The translations under genes were made by a program, and so were the position numbers. DNA of 59,527 nt from Octopus bimaculoides (taxonomy: Eukaryota). The notes below the pieces were generated by a model, which did not search any database, was not told the DNA's origin, and saw only the letters and a program-made list of their open reading frames with translations. Location of the stretch: NCBI RefSeq assembly GCF_001194135.2, contig NC_068982.1:45947888-46007414 (forward strand). Reading direction: 5' to 3'. Shown here piece by piece: positions 1 through 11,919 of the stretch (position 1 is the stretch's first letter; each line of letters begins with the position of its first letter).

Positions 1-628
1 ATATATATACACACATACGTCCATACATATATACACATATATATACATGCATACACAAATACACACTATACATAAATACATATATATATACACGTACATA
101 TATACATATATACATACGTACATACATACATTACATACATACATACATACATTACATACATACATACATACATATATTTATATATATGAGGTGGAGTATT
201 GTCCAAGGAAAACTTCTGCCCCATAATATAAAACGAGTGATAGAATTGAATATCTGCTACTTTTCTGTTTACAGATTGTTGAACATAAGTACAATAATAT
301 ACCGGTTTTTGATTATATCTATTTGAATGTAGTGGGATGTTGATGTAAACTGGCGGATGTTCGCACAAAGCAATATATGGTATCAAAAGGATTGATACAC
401 TAATGTGTTTTATATGAATATGCTGTTCTTTGAAATGTCATATATCTCATATTATTAGATGCTCTAAATTAACCACGCTGACAGCATTCATTCGTTCCCC
501 TCCCTTCAAGTTTAGTAGGTTGTATTGCTCAATCTGAGATATTGCAAACAATTTATTTGTGATTTCAAATCACACAGTAGTAACCTTTGACTTTCATGGC
601 TCCTTGGTCACTATTCCATTTTTTTATA

Positions 629-791
629 GGCGCAGTAGTGGCTGTGTGGTAAGTAGCTTGCTTACCAACCACATGGCTCCGGGTTCAGTCCCAGTGCGTG
701 GCACCTTGGGCAAGTGTCTTCTACTATATCCTCGGGCCGACCAAAGCCTTGTGAGTAGAATTGGTGGACGGAAACTGAAAGAAACCCGTCG

Positions 792-822
<31 letters not shown>

Positions 823-1032
823 GTATGTGTTTGTGTGTCTGTGTTTGTCCCCCCAACATCGCTTGACAACTGCTGCTGGTGTCCCGTAACTTAGCGGTTC
901 GGCAAAAAAGACCGATAGAATAAGTACTAGGCTTACAAAGAATAAGTCCTGGGGTCGATTTACTCGACTAAAGGTGGTGCTCCAGCATGGCCGCAGTCAA
1001 ATGACTGAAACAAGTAAAAGAGTAAAAGAGTA
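629..1032 (+). mobile_element. tRNA-derived SINE, family A, full length, with internal (TA)n/(TG)n tract
   Basis: Head ggcgcagtagtggctgtgtggtaag with Pol III A/B-box-like motifs, CORE-like gcaccttgggcaagtgtctt, 3' tail ccagcatggccgcagtcaaatgactgaaacaagt(aaaagagt)n. Near-identical sequence recurs more than 10 times in the window. Confidence 0.9.
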
Positions 1033-1424
1033 ATACAATCGACGTGCTATGGTAGTGTAAACACGTCATTTGAACATTCAAACATCGTTACTTTCATTCT
1101 AAATCCTACTGCATTTCACATGAAATTTTTGGTTCTCCAAAGTCGTCTTCGTGTATGAGATGACCAATCCTTCTTGAATGTAAATTTTGCTCTGAAAAAT
1201 TTGACTTGTATGCCAGGAAATAGGTTGGAAGGAAACAGCCGACATTTTTATTACTCTTGTAATTGACAAATACTTATTTTATCAATCCCGATAGGATAAA
1301 AGCAATATTGACTTCGGCAAGATTTGAATCGAGGACGTAAAAATGGGAGAATAAATGCTACGATGCCTTTTCTTCGACATTACATTTGTGCTATCCTGCT
1401 TCCCTTTCGAGGCCGATAAAATAA

Positions 1425-1708
1425 ATATCAGTTATGATAGACTCTCTTGTTGAAGATGACGTATGAGTGTTTAAGTTTTGCTGAACGACCTGCACAAATG
1501 ATTCGATTATAGTGATCAGATGTATGTACTGTGCATTAACTCACCCCTTCCATCAAATCGACGTTGCCTAAATAGGTGCACGGTGTACCATTTGTCAGGT
1601 GTCAAAGTGATCGAGGAGCAAGAACACAACACATCACACAGTCTAAGAATTGAAACCATGATCTCGCGATTGTGAGTGCAATAGCCTAACCACTAGGCTA
1701 TGCGTCCT
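1425..1708 (-). mobile_element. tRNA-derived SINE, family E, degraded
   Basis: Reverse complement begins gcatagcctagtggttaggctattgcactcacaatcgcgagatcatggtttc. The body is shared with the copies at 4790, 6925, 30300 and 54060. Confidence 0.7.
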
Positions 1709-1711
1709 CAA

Positions 1712-1747
<36 letters not shown>

Positions 1748-1865
1748 TATTTTATCCTTTTACACAATTCAGTGATTTGACTGCGGCCATGCTGGAGTAC
1801 CGCCTTAAAAAGGAAGGCCACTTTAGGTTCCAGCGACTTGCCTATATAAATATAATATATACATA

Positions 1866-1964
1866 AGTGGTTGTGTGGTAAAAAGTTTGCTTCTCAATCA
1901 CATGGTTGCAAATTCAGTCCCACTTCGTGGCACCTTGGGCAAATGACTTCTACTATAACCTCAG
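1866..1964 (+). mobile_element. Family A SINE head fragment
   Basis: gtggttgtgtggtaaaaagtttgc...ttcagtcccacttcgtggcaccttgggcaaatgacttctactataacctcag aligns with the 629 copy. Confidence 0.75.
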
Positions 1965-3132
1965 TGAAATGCCAAGATCTTTGGAGTTTCGTGTTAAATT
2001 CTGAGCAGTAGCTGTTTCAAATCCTTGCATTCAAAGTTCCAAACCCACTGGATTCAAATTTGCTTTTCATCCCTCCAGACCTCGATACAATAAAATGCCA
2101 GTCAAGTACTAGGTCAATTTTATCGAGAAATAGTCTCCACTCAAAATAGGTGTCTATGTGCTTAAATTATAAACAATTATCATATATACCACTTAGACTG
2201 GTCAACATTTCGTCCCCAAAGTTAAGTTAAAAAATATCGACGGTTGTATTTTTATACGTTTGCAGGAGGGGGTCGCACTGTATCTTTTCTTTCGAAAATC
2301 TTCGAGGCGAGAAGGAATAGGGACGACTTGCTGATGATAGCGTTCTTAATATTAAATTTAAATTATTGAAAGGGACAAATTGGGAAGTTACATAGGGACA
2401 TCGTATTTTGTTATGCACCTAAAATATACTACGAAGTATAATGAAGGCTTCAAAAGTCGATATTGTGTCCTACAGTGTTAGTCCCAACCAGCGATTAATA
2501 TGTACATACCAATTGCCAAGAATGCTTTTAATATGTAAAATTGGTATATCCATTTGTGTTACACCGTTAAATTTAATAACTATAAAAGCAATGTGTTCGT
2601 GGATGTTAATGAGTTGATAGTGACCTTGAAGAAAGAACAAAAACTGCTGAAATATGCAAAAACATCCATTACCTATTTTCTTTTTTATCTTCGATCACAT
2701 TGTTTACATAGATTGCGTCCGTGTACGGAACTTCGTAACTCTGAGTTCTATGGAAAAGTCTGAAGAGATAACTTAAAAAGTGGCATACATACATACATAC
2801 ATACATACATACATACATTAAGTTANNNNNNNNNNNNNNNNNNNNNNNNNNNNNNNNNNNNNNNNNNNNNNNNNNNNNNNNNNNNNNNNNNNNNNNNNNN
2901 NNNNNNNNNNNNNNNNNNNNNNNNNNNNNNTATAGAGAGAGAGAGAGAGAGAGATAGATAGATATAAAATGTTTGTCGCCACTTCAACATGGCTGTTCCA
3001 TTCAAGCGGGCGTTACTGCAATTTTTTAACCCCAAGAGGACATTTCCTCTGGTAGGTTAACAATGCAACGTGCATCCAATATATTGCGAGCAAGGGAGCG
3101 AACACCTACTACATTCTAGACACGGGATCAGC

Positions 3133-3177
3133 AGACCAGACAGGTTTCGGGCTATTTCTGCCCTCTTCAGTGCTGGA
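3133..3177 (-). ncRNA. Minimal type I hammerhead ribozyme-like motif (Penelope-type)
   Basis: Minus strand: ca-CTGAAGA-GGGC agaaata GCCC-GAAA-CCTG-TC-tg. Both core boxes are intact, stem II is 4 bp, the cleavage triplet is GUC, and stems I and III are short. Confidence 0.6.
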
Positions 3178-3264
3178 CGCCTCGTCTGCTTGAGATGGCA
3201 GTAGCTCGCTTCTGTTCATAATATATATATAAGTTCAAGCGACGTTCAGTCGCTGATACATACA

Positions 3265-3298
<34 letters not shown>

Positions 3299-4072
3299 CA
3301 TATATACATGCATACATATAAATACATATTCATATTCAAGGCGGTATTCCAGCATGACCGCAGTCAAATGACTGGAACGAATAAAGTAATATATATATAT
3401 ATAGTTTGTGTGTGTGTGTGTGTGCGCGCGTGTAATTATATTGATGAATAAAAAAACTGACTATAGCTATGAACGCCAGACATGTCTTTGACAGTAAAGA
3501 TACTGTAACTGTCTTGACACTAATACACGTTCTATTTTATTTTACTTTTTTTTTTTAATGTTCCGTCTGTTATCACATCAATGAAAAATCAAAAGTTAAG
3601 TAGCATTAAACCAAGTTGTAAGATAGTAATCTATCTGACTTCTTTTTCTACCGCATTTCCCGTTTCCTTTTAAATATTAACAACTCTTGGCTAAAGAGGC
3701 ATTAAACATTTCATATCAAAGTTTTCCTAAACTTTAGTAAATAAGAATATTGATGAAATTCATCAAGAAATCCGATAAAATACATCTGGAATAATATGCC
3801 ATGTTTTATAATCACTTTGGTAAAAGACGTTTTGTCTGAGTGATATGACAAAAAAGAAAGCATCATGCGTCAGCAAATGATATAAATTTTATCTTATGTT
3901 CATAGAATAGCACTTTTGCAGTTTAATGAAGCAAAATTATCACATTTCAGTATAATTTTCTCGTTAGATTACCATACAAATACTTTATTTCCGAACCCAA
4001 ACTCCTGCTGATTACATCGAACATGCTTCTTTTTTTTTTTTTTTTTCATTTTTATTTTCCTTTAAGACTTAC

Positions 4073-4084
4073 CACTGATTCATA
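4073..4084 (-). other. Candidate 12-nt microexon
   Basis: Minus strand: gtttatctttcag|TATGAATCAGTG|gtaagt. Strong acceptor and donor; GCATG motifs on both sides. Confidence 0.4.
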
Positions 4085-4275
4085 CTGAAAGATAAACGAC
4101 GAGATAAATACATGCGTAACATGGTTACATGAAAATGGTGTGAGTCTGTAAAGCCTCTGCAGCTTTAGCTATATCCATAGTCAACCATATTTACCTCAAA
4201 ATACCATATTAGTAAGTAACTATTACCGAATGTATCTTCATCAATCCTTTTCTAATATTTATACATATACACATA

Positions 4276-4500
4276 GGCGCAGGAGTGGATGTGTGGTAAA
4301 TAGCTTGCTTACCAACCACATGGTTCCGGGTTCAGTCCCACTACGTGGTACCTTGGGCAAGAGTTTTCTACTATAGCCTCGGGCTGACCAAAGCCTTGTG
4401 AGCGGAGCGGATTTGGTAGACGGAAACCGTAACTTAGCGGTTTGGCAAAAAGATACCGATATAATTTAGTACTAGGCTTGCAAAGAATAAGTCCTGCGAT
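4276..4500 (+). mobile_element. Family A SINE with internal deletion
   Basis: The ggcgcaggagtgg head joins directly to cgtaacttagcggtttggc, so the microsatellite-bearing middle is absent. Confidence 0.85.
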
Positions 4501-4590
4501 CAAATCGAATAATCGAACATTAGAAATAACAAACAACAAGAGGACACGTACATGGAATGTATTAGTTTGGGGCTTGGTATAAAGGATAAG

Positions 4591-4628
4591 TTTTTGACGT
4601 TTCGAGCATAGCTCTTCGTCGGAAAGGA
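4591..4628 (-). ncRNA. Minimal hammerhead ribozyme-like motif (U4C variant)
   Basis: Minus strand: TTT-CCGACGA-A-GAGC tat GCTC-GAAA-CG-TC-AAA. Palindromic stem III (ACGT), GUC triplet, 3-bp stem I. Confidence 0.55.
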
Positions 4629-4673
4629 AAAGTCGAAAGAAGAAAAAAAATCACCAACAGCACGTGTATAGTT

Positions 4674-4725
<52 letters not shown>

Positions 4726-4789
4726 ACTCGATACAGTAGATGGTAGTTTCGCAATTCCTTGGAGAACAACCTGCACAGATTTGTTTATA

Positions 4790-5000
4790 CTAATCAGATG
4801 TGTGTGCTCTACATTGGCTCCCTCCCTCCCTCCCTCCATCAAACCGACATTGCTTGTATAGACTCTTGGTGTGACGAACGTCACATGTTGAAGTGATCGT
4901 GGAGTAACACGAAATGAAGTGTTTTTTTGCTGAAATGCAAAACGCCTGGTCCGGGAATCGAAACCATGACCATGCGATCGTGAGTGCAATACTCTGTCCA
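4790..5000 (-). mobile_element. Family E SINE
   Basis: tRNA-like head on the minus strand (plus-strand text ccgggaatcgaaaccatgaccatgcgatcgtgagtgcaa); the block cgtgaaatgaagtgttttttgct is shared with other copies. Confidence 0.7.
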
Positions 5001-5154
5001 ATAGTCAATGTACCTTCATACCAAGTTCTTGAACTGTCGCATAAATAAACACATATGAGTAATTATGTGAGCATTTGCCTGTCTCTGTACATACAAACCC
5101 CCTTTCTTCATCATTCTACTATCCCCGTATATCCCTGTCGATTCATCTGTCTAT

Positions 5155-5228
<74 letters not shown>

Positions 5229-5545
5229 AAACGCACACACACACGCACACACACAAACACACAAACACACACACACACACACACAATTACATACATACTC
5301 CCATATAGGTCATAAGAATTCTACTCCTTCAAGAGATGTATCTCTTGTAAACACATTTGCATTATTTATCCTGACACATTTCATTTGGCCTTCTGAACTG
5401 CTCACTGCAAGAATTCAACAAGTGGTTCATAAGAACATAGAAGCTGCCTCGTTCTACTGGAAATTACATCATTGAAGACGTAGACTGGTTATATTTCTGA
5501 CGCAAGTAGGGCGCTCATGTACTTCAGTCTGTATTATGAACATAC

Positions 5546-5577
5546 GAGATCGGTATTGCAATATTCAAACAACATCT
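5546..5577 (-). other. Candidate 32-nt exon
   Basis: Minus strand: tttctatatttag|AGATGTTGTTTGAATATTGCAATACCGATCTC|gtatgt. Two frames are open (MLFEYCNTDL or RCCLNIAIPI). Confidence 0.3.
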
Positions 5578-5592
5578 CTAAATATAGAAAAA

Positions 5593-5626
<34 letters not shown>

Positions 5627-6060
5627 NNNNNNNNNNNNNNNNNNNNNNNNNNNNNNNNNNNNNNNNNNNNNNNNNNNNNNNNNNNNNNNNNNNNNNNNNN
5701 NNNNNNNNNNNNNNNNNNNNNNNNNNNNNNNNNNNNNNNNNNNNNNNNNNNNNNNNNNNNNNNNNNNNNNNNNNNNNNNNNNNNNNNNNNNNNNNNNNNN
5801 NNNNNNNNNNNNNNNNNNNNNNNNNNNNNNNNNNNNNNNNNNNNNNNNNNNNNNNNNNNNNNNNNNNNNNNNNNNNNNNNNNNNNNNNNNNNNNNNNNNN
5901 NNNNNNNNNNNNNNNNNNNNNNNNNNNNNNNNNNNNNNNNNNNNNNNNNNNNNNNNNNNNNNNNNNNNNNNNNNNNNNNNNNNNNNNNNNNNNNNNNNNN
6001 NNNNNNNNNNNNNNNNNNNNNNNNNNNNNNNNNNNNNNNNNNNNNNNNNNNNNNNNNNNN

Positions 6061-6107
<47 letters not shown>

Positions 6108-6228
6108 CACACACACACACATACACACACACACACTATCTACAAAGGTAAAATACAGAGCCCTCTTTCAAACTAAAGTAATAAAAAAAAGAAGTGCTTG
6201 TGTGTATGTGTATGTGTATCTGTGTGAG

Positions 6229-6380
6229 TGTGAAGGCATGTGGCCTAGTGGTTAGGGTGTTGGGCTCATGAACATAACGTCGTGAGTTCGATTCCTGAAA
6301 TGCCGACCACGATGCGTCCTTGAGCAAGTAAATTCATTTCAGGTTGCTCCCGTCTACTCAGCTGAAAATATGTATCTACC
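6229..6380 (+). mobile_element. Family D/E-type SINE head
   Basis: gtgaaggcatgtggcctagtggttagggtg...gagttcgattcc (A and B boxes), followed by CORE-like ccttgagcaag. Confidence 0.7.
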
Positions 6381-6924
6381 GAATGGCAGTGCAACCCTCA
6401 ATTCCTCTAGCTGTCGTCTCATCCATGGGGAGACCCACAGGGTGTATATGTCTGTTCGTGATTGTATAAACATCTAAAACAATTAATGAAAGAGAGAAGA
6501 GCAGCTGCGTGCATGATGCGAGGGCAAGTACAAAGACCCTCTTGCTGTGTATAAAGAAAGACATCATTTAAGTTGGAAGCTTGGAGGAGAAGATATGTAG
6601 GGATTATGCCAGCCATGCTAACCTACCAACGACAGGGTGTTGTGGTCGAGGGTCAAAACACCCTATTTTTCTTGGATACCATCTTATATCAATTACTCTT
6701 GGTTAAATCTACATTTAACACAAGTGTATGAAAGAGAAATATTTTCTATAAGATATCACCAATCTCTTCTTAAGAACATTTATTTTCACACGCACACACC
6801 ACATATACACACACACACACACACGCAAATTCATACATACATACATACATACATGCATGCATGCATGCATGTATTATGTATGTATGCATGTATGTATGTA
6901 TGTATGTATGTATACAAGCATACT

Positions 6925-7165
6925 CTCTCGAGTCAAATGACTCAAAAAGACCGTTTTCCCGTTTTTATGGCGTATGTATTCCCCACCTGGATGGGACGCC
7001 GGTCCGTCGCAGGATTACTCCTTTTTGTCAGCTGAGTGGACTGGGGTAACGTGAAATGAAGTGTTTTACTCTAGAACACGTGTCGCCTGGTCCAGGAATC
7101 GAAATCACAAATCTTACGTTGATGAGTCCAACAGCCTAACCACTAAGCCACACCCCTCCACGGAT
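6925..7165 (-). mobile_element. Family E SINE
   Basis: Plus-strand text cgtgaaatgaagtgttttactc...ccaggaatcgaaatc...cagcctaaccactaagccacacc is the reverse complement of a tRNA-like head. Confidence 0.7.
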
Positions 7166-8236
7166 GCACATATGTATATATGTATGTGTTTATACATATA
7201 TATATGAGTAAATTTTGATAACTATATTTTGATAAAAACTCTACAATCGGACAATATGCAGATGCTATTCCAGTTGAAGAAATACGATGTTTTTTTTCTT
7301 TTTTTCTTTTTGCCATTTCATATTTCAAAGACTATTTTTTATTCTCGCAAAAAGCCACACATTTTCGGTAACATGACAGACAACAGTCAAATATATTGAA
7401 TCTCGTTCTTGACTAATAATCATTTTATCGAGTCCTGAGAGAATGAAAGACAAAACCAAGTTCTGAGGAATTTGGATTCAGAACAAAAGGAGCCATAAAA
7501 ACAAAAAGCATTCCAAATGTTGTTTTAAGAATATTGCTGTGTTTGATGTCACTGTTGGTATCATTTGTACTGACAGTTAGCGCCATGTCAGTAAAAATTA
7601 TGAAAAGATCAAGGAAGATGTCCCAGCAATGTGTGTCCTATTCATTTCTCTTTTTCTTTAGAAGACAGGGCTATATTATCGAGGCTCTGAAAACACGGAA
7701 TTTTGGATTCAGTCCCACCGCTGCACGGTTCGTTGGACAAATATTTTCGACTATAATCCCGAGCCGATCAGAGCCTTGTGAACGAATTTGGTAGATTGAA
7801 GCTATGTAGAAGCACGTCATGAAAAAGCTATTTTTAGACACAAAAACCTTCAACCTGTAACTAGTTTGATAAGTGCCACCGCACGAGACTGGCGGACCTT
7901 GATTCACTCTGTTACTCTGTATATGTATTCCTGTTTGCACCAGCGTACCTGTTCATCGCTCCTAAAACTTGATGAGCTCTATCGACAAATTCGAACGTCA
8001 GCATGGAGAATTACCATCTGCCATACTGAATGGAAAATATTCCCATACCTCCAAAGAAAATATATCTAAAAAAGCTGATTGAGAGAACGGACACTGAATA
8101 AAAAATATATAGCGGAACGTGTATCCCTTCGAGAAGGGATCACAGGTAGATACTCGTAACCTCAAGTATGGTTTCTCCCACCACGAAAAGATGCCCACCT
8201 CAAATCAAGGGATTGAAAGTGTAAAACATACACACA

Positions 8237-8309
<73 letters not shown>

Positions 8310-8776
8310 CAAAATGAGCAACAAGGATATCCAGAGGTAATGCGGTACGATCGTTTCATGCAACTCTATTTAATGGAACAATGCAATCATTAGATCAATT
8401 TAAAATGCAGAGCAAACCTCAACTGCACAAAGACATAGTATTTAATTAAATTAGAACAGATGGACACATTAGTATAACTATACCTAAAATCTCCTAGAAG
8501 TTAAGGAGATAGACAAAGAACATGCTGTCTCCACTCCAGCATAGAAGTTATGGAGAATATATCTCACTTGTTGACAAATGGTGTGTTTACACCTAGATCA
8601 GCTCGCAGCGCCATCTACCTAGACTGTGAGATGCTAGCATTTTGGAGTAGTTATCTCCTCATTGGTTTCCCTGTTCGAACGTGGATCAAACATATTCAGA
8701 TTGACAAAAACATTGCAATCTTATTTATCAATGCTTAGCGCTCCCCGCTCTCTGAGTCTATAAATGAAAGGATTAT

Positions 8777-9000
8777 TGAGCTGGCAGAATCGATAGCTCG
8801 ACTAAAAAAATGAAACAAAAAATAGCGGTATTTCATCCGTCTTTATGTTCTGAATTCAAATTCTGGCGAGGTCAACTTTGCCTTTTATCCTTATCTTTTC
8901 GGGGTCGATAAAATAAGTACCAGTTGAACAGTGGAGTCAATGTAGCCGACTTACCCACTCCCCAAAATTTCTGGCCTTGTGCCAAGTCTGAAACAATTAT
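8777..9000 (+). mobile_element. Family B SINE, tail type 1
   Basis: gagctggcagaatcg...ttcaaattctggcgaggtcaactttgcctt...ttcggggtcgataaaataagtaccag...ggccttgtgcc. Confidence 0.8.
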
Positions 9001-9071
9001 TATTGTTGTTGTTATGATATCTTTTGATAAAGGTTGAGCGTCCTATTTATTTTGTTAAAATATTTCTTATA

Positions 9072-9234
9072 GGCGCAGGAGTGGCTGTGTGGTATGTAGG
9101 TTGCTTACCAACCACATTGTTCCGGGTTCAGTCCAACTGCGTGGCACCTTGGGTAAGTGTTTTCTACTATAACCTCAGGCCGACCAAAGCATTGCTAGTG
9201 GATTTGGTTGAAAGAAACTGAAAGAAGCCAGTCG

Positions 9235-9267
<33 letters not shown>

Positions 9268-9655
9268 TTGTGTGTGTTATCTATCTATCTATCTATCTAT
9301 CTATTTATCTATCTATCTATTTATCTATCTATCTATTTATCTATCTATCTATTTATCTATCTAAGAAATCGACTCTGATCACACCTGCGGAGAAATGCTC
9401 TCTGGTAAGATTAGATGCGAAAGACAATCCACATGTCACTACAGCGTCCCTACGATTCCATGTTGTCCTCCCCGCCATCGCTTCACAACCGATGCTGGTG
9501 TGTTTACGTCCCCGTATCTTAGCGGTACGGCGAAGGAGACCGATAGAATAAGTACTAGGCTTACAAAGAATAAAGTCCCGGGGTCGATTTGTTCGACTAG
9601 AAGCTGTGCTCCAGCATGGCCGCAGTCAAATGACTAAAGCAAATAAAAAGAGCAA
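9072..9655 (+). mobile_element. Family A SINE carrying a nested (CTAT)n plus 91-bp module
   Basis: Complete head and tail; extra sequence at about 9280-9465 sits inside the internal microsatellite. Confidence 0.85.
9361..9451 (-). repeat. 91-bp dispersed module with (TAGA)n tail, copy 1
   Basis: 6 mismatches in 91 bp against 11138-11228. Both copies abut (CTAT)n. Confidence 0.8.
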
Positions 9656-10033
9656 AGGAGCTTTGTTTTCGTTGTGGTTGCGGTTCACATGCTGCTGAGC
9701 TGTATGCTCTCGTTTTAATATTATCCATTGTTGATGATGATGTTACTACTTTTGTAGCTGTTGTTGTTCTTGTTGATGAAGATCATGATGCAGAGGAGAA
9801 GGAGGTGGTGGTGGAGGAAGGGACGATGTTGGTATTTTTTCTTTTATCTTTTTCGTTTGTTATTAGTCGTTATTTATTANNNNNNNNNNCTCGGCATTAA
9901 AAATCAAAAACGAGTAAACCGGATTTCATAAATTTTTAATGTCGACGAAAGAATATAAAAAAAAAAAATCAATATTTAACAAAACAAAAAGCAATTGAAG
10001 AATGAGTGTAAACAAGAATGAATGGATGACTGA

Positions 10034-10065
<32 letters not shown>

Positions 10066-10259
10066 AGGAAAGAAAGAAAGAAAGAAAGAAAGGGGCAAAT
10101 AAAAATACTTAAAACGTAACGGGAAATATAACAAAAAAAAACAAGAGAAAAGTAGAAACTAGAAAATAAAATAAGTTTAAAAAGGATAAGGAAGAAACAC
10201 ACACACACACATCGCATCTTTAATATGTGTGTGCGTGTGTGTGTGTGTGTGTGTATGTA

Positions 10260-10332
<73 letters not shown>

Positions 10333-10476
10333 GTATATATATGTATATATATGTATGTATATATATGTGTGTGTGTGTATGTGTGTACAAATGTATATAT
10401 GCGTGTGTATATGTGTATATATAAATGTATATATGTATATGCGCATATATATAGATGTTATATATATGTTATATAT

Positions 10477-10518
<42 letters not shown>

Positions 10519-10956
10519 TTATGTATGTACTTTAAAAGGAAAACTAATTCTAAGAATACGAGACTAGAAGATGAGAAAAGAAAGGAGAATGGTAAAATAA
10601 TTACATTGAAATGTAACAATTCTTAAGCAAAACACTGCTAGAGAAAAAGAATTACAGAACTGGGCAAGACTTCATCCACAAAATCTTGCCATTTCAACGT
10701 TTCATCTTACATCGAAATACGGTATGGTTGTGATTGAATCATAGACAAAATGTGCGAAAATTTAAGGAAACATTTCGATTAATAAAACAAAGAACACATA
10801 TAGGATGACACGACCATACATCAGGCGACTTCGAAATTGATCAATTATATGACTTGCATTTTCGTATTTCTTTTTTTAAATTTTTGTTTCTATCGGAATC
10901 GGATAGCATTGACATGTGTTTGTTAAGTTCGTTCGACTTAGAATAAGCTATCTTAC

Positions 10957-10975
10957 TTTTGGTAAATACTTATCG
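10957..10975 (-). other. Candidate 19-nt microexon
   Basis: Minus strand: gtctgttttttgtag|CGATAAGTATTTACCAAAA|gtaaga. Confidence 0.35.
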
Positions 10976-11105
10976 CTACAAAAAACAGACTTTATAACTG
11001 CACCTATTTTGGATAGATTGACTTAAAGATTAATACACAATCTCTCTCTCCGTCTCTATCTGTTTGCCTTTCTCTCCTTCCCCTTCTATCTCTCTCTCTC
11101 TCTTT

Positions 11106-11137
<32 letters not shown>

Positions 11138-11140
<3 letters not shown>

Positions 11141-11228
11141 AGAATTCGACTCTGATCACACCTGTGGAGAGATGCTCTCTGGTAAGATTAGATGAGAAAG
11201 ACAATCTACATGTCACTACAACGTCCCT
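11138..11228 (-). repeat. 91-bp dispersed module with (TAGA)n tail, copy 2
   Basis: About 93% identical to 9361-9451. Confidence 0.8.
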
Positions 11229-11254
11229 TTCCATCAGCAGTTAAAAGTCATAGG

Positions 11255-11339
<85 letters not shown>

Positions 11340-11855
11340 TGCATACATGCATGCATAAATACATACATACATACATACATACACGCATGCATGTATACAT
11401 AAATACATATATACAAACATATACATACATGCATACATATATACATACATCTAAAACTCTTGTATGTACAACGTTCAATCAAGTACTAAAAATGTTCGTT
11501 CTCTGATTTTCCTTTGGTATTATATACATTTAAATATATTACAGAGTGTAAATCCATAATTAGAATAAAATTCGTTTGTAACAAAATTTTTTATATTATC
11601 ACACAATAGATCACATAACCTTTACATGTGTTTCACTAGCAGTTCACCTTTGGTATATGCCTAGAAACTAACATTAGTAACTAACAGCTGAATAAATTAC
11701 GGTTTTCTTCAGGTGATCCGAAGAATTGAGTGATTATGCAATCTTTTTTATAACGGTTATTGCCTAGCGTATATGCTAGTGCAATACATGTAAAAGTTTA
11801 TAATATAATTAAAAAGCAATTTTGTTAGAATTGAACGCCCAATTTTATTCTGATC

Positions 11856-11919
<64 letters not shown>

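Noticed and set aside
7960-8225. Coding-like stretch (MSSIDKFERQHGELP...)
   Set aside because: It has multiple stops and no assignable motif.
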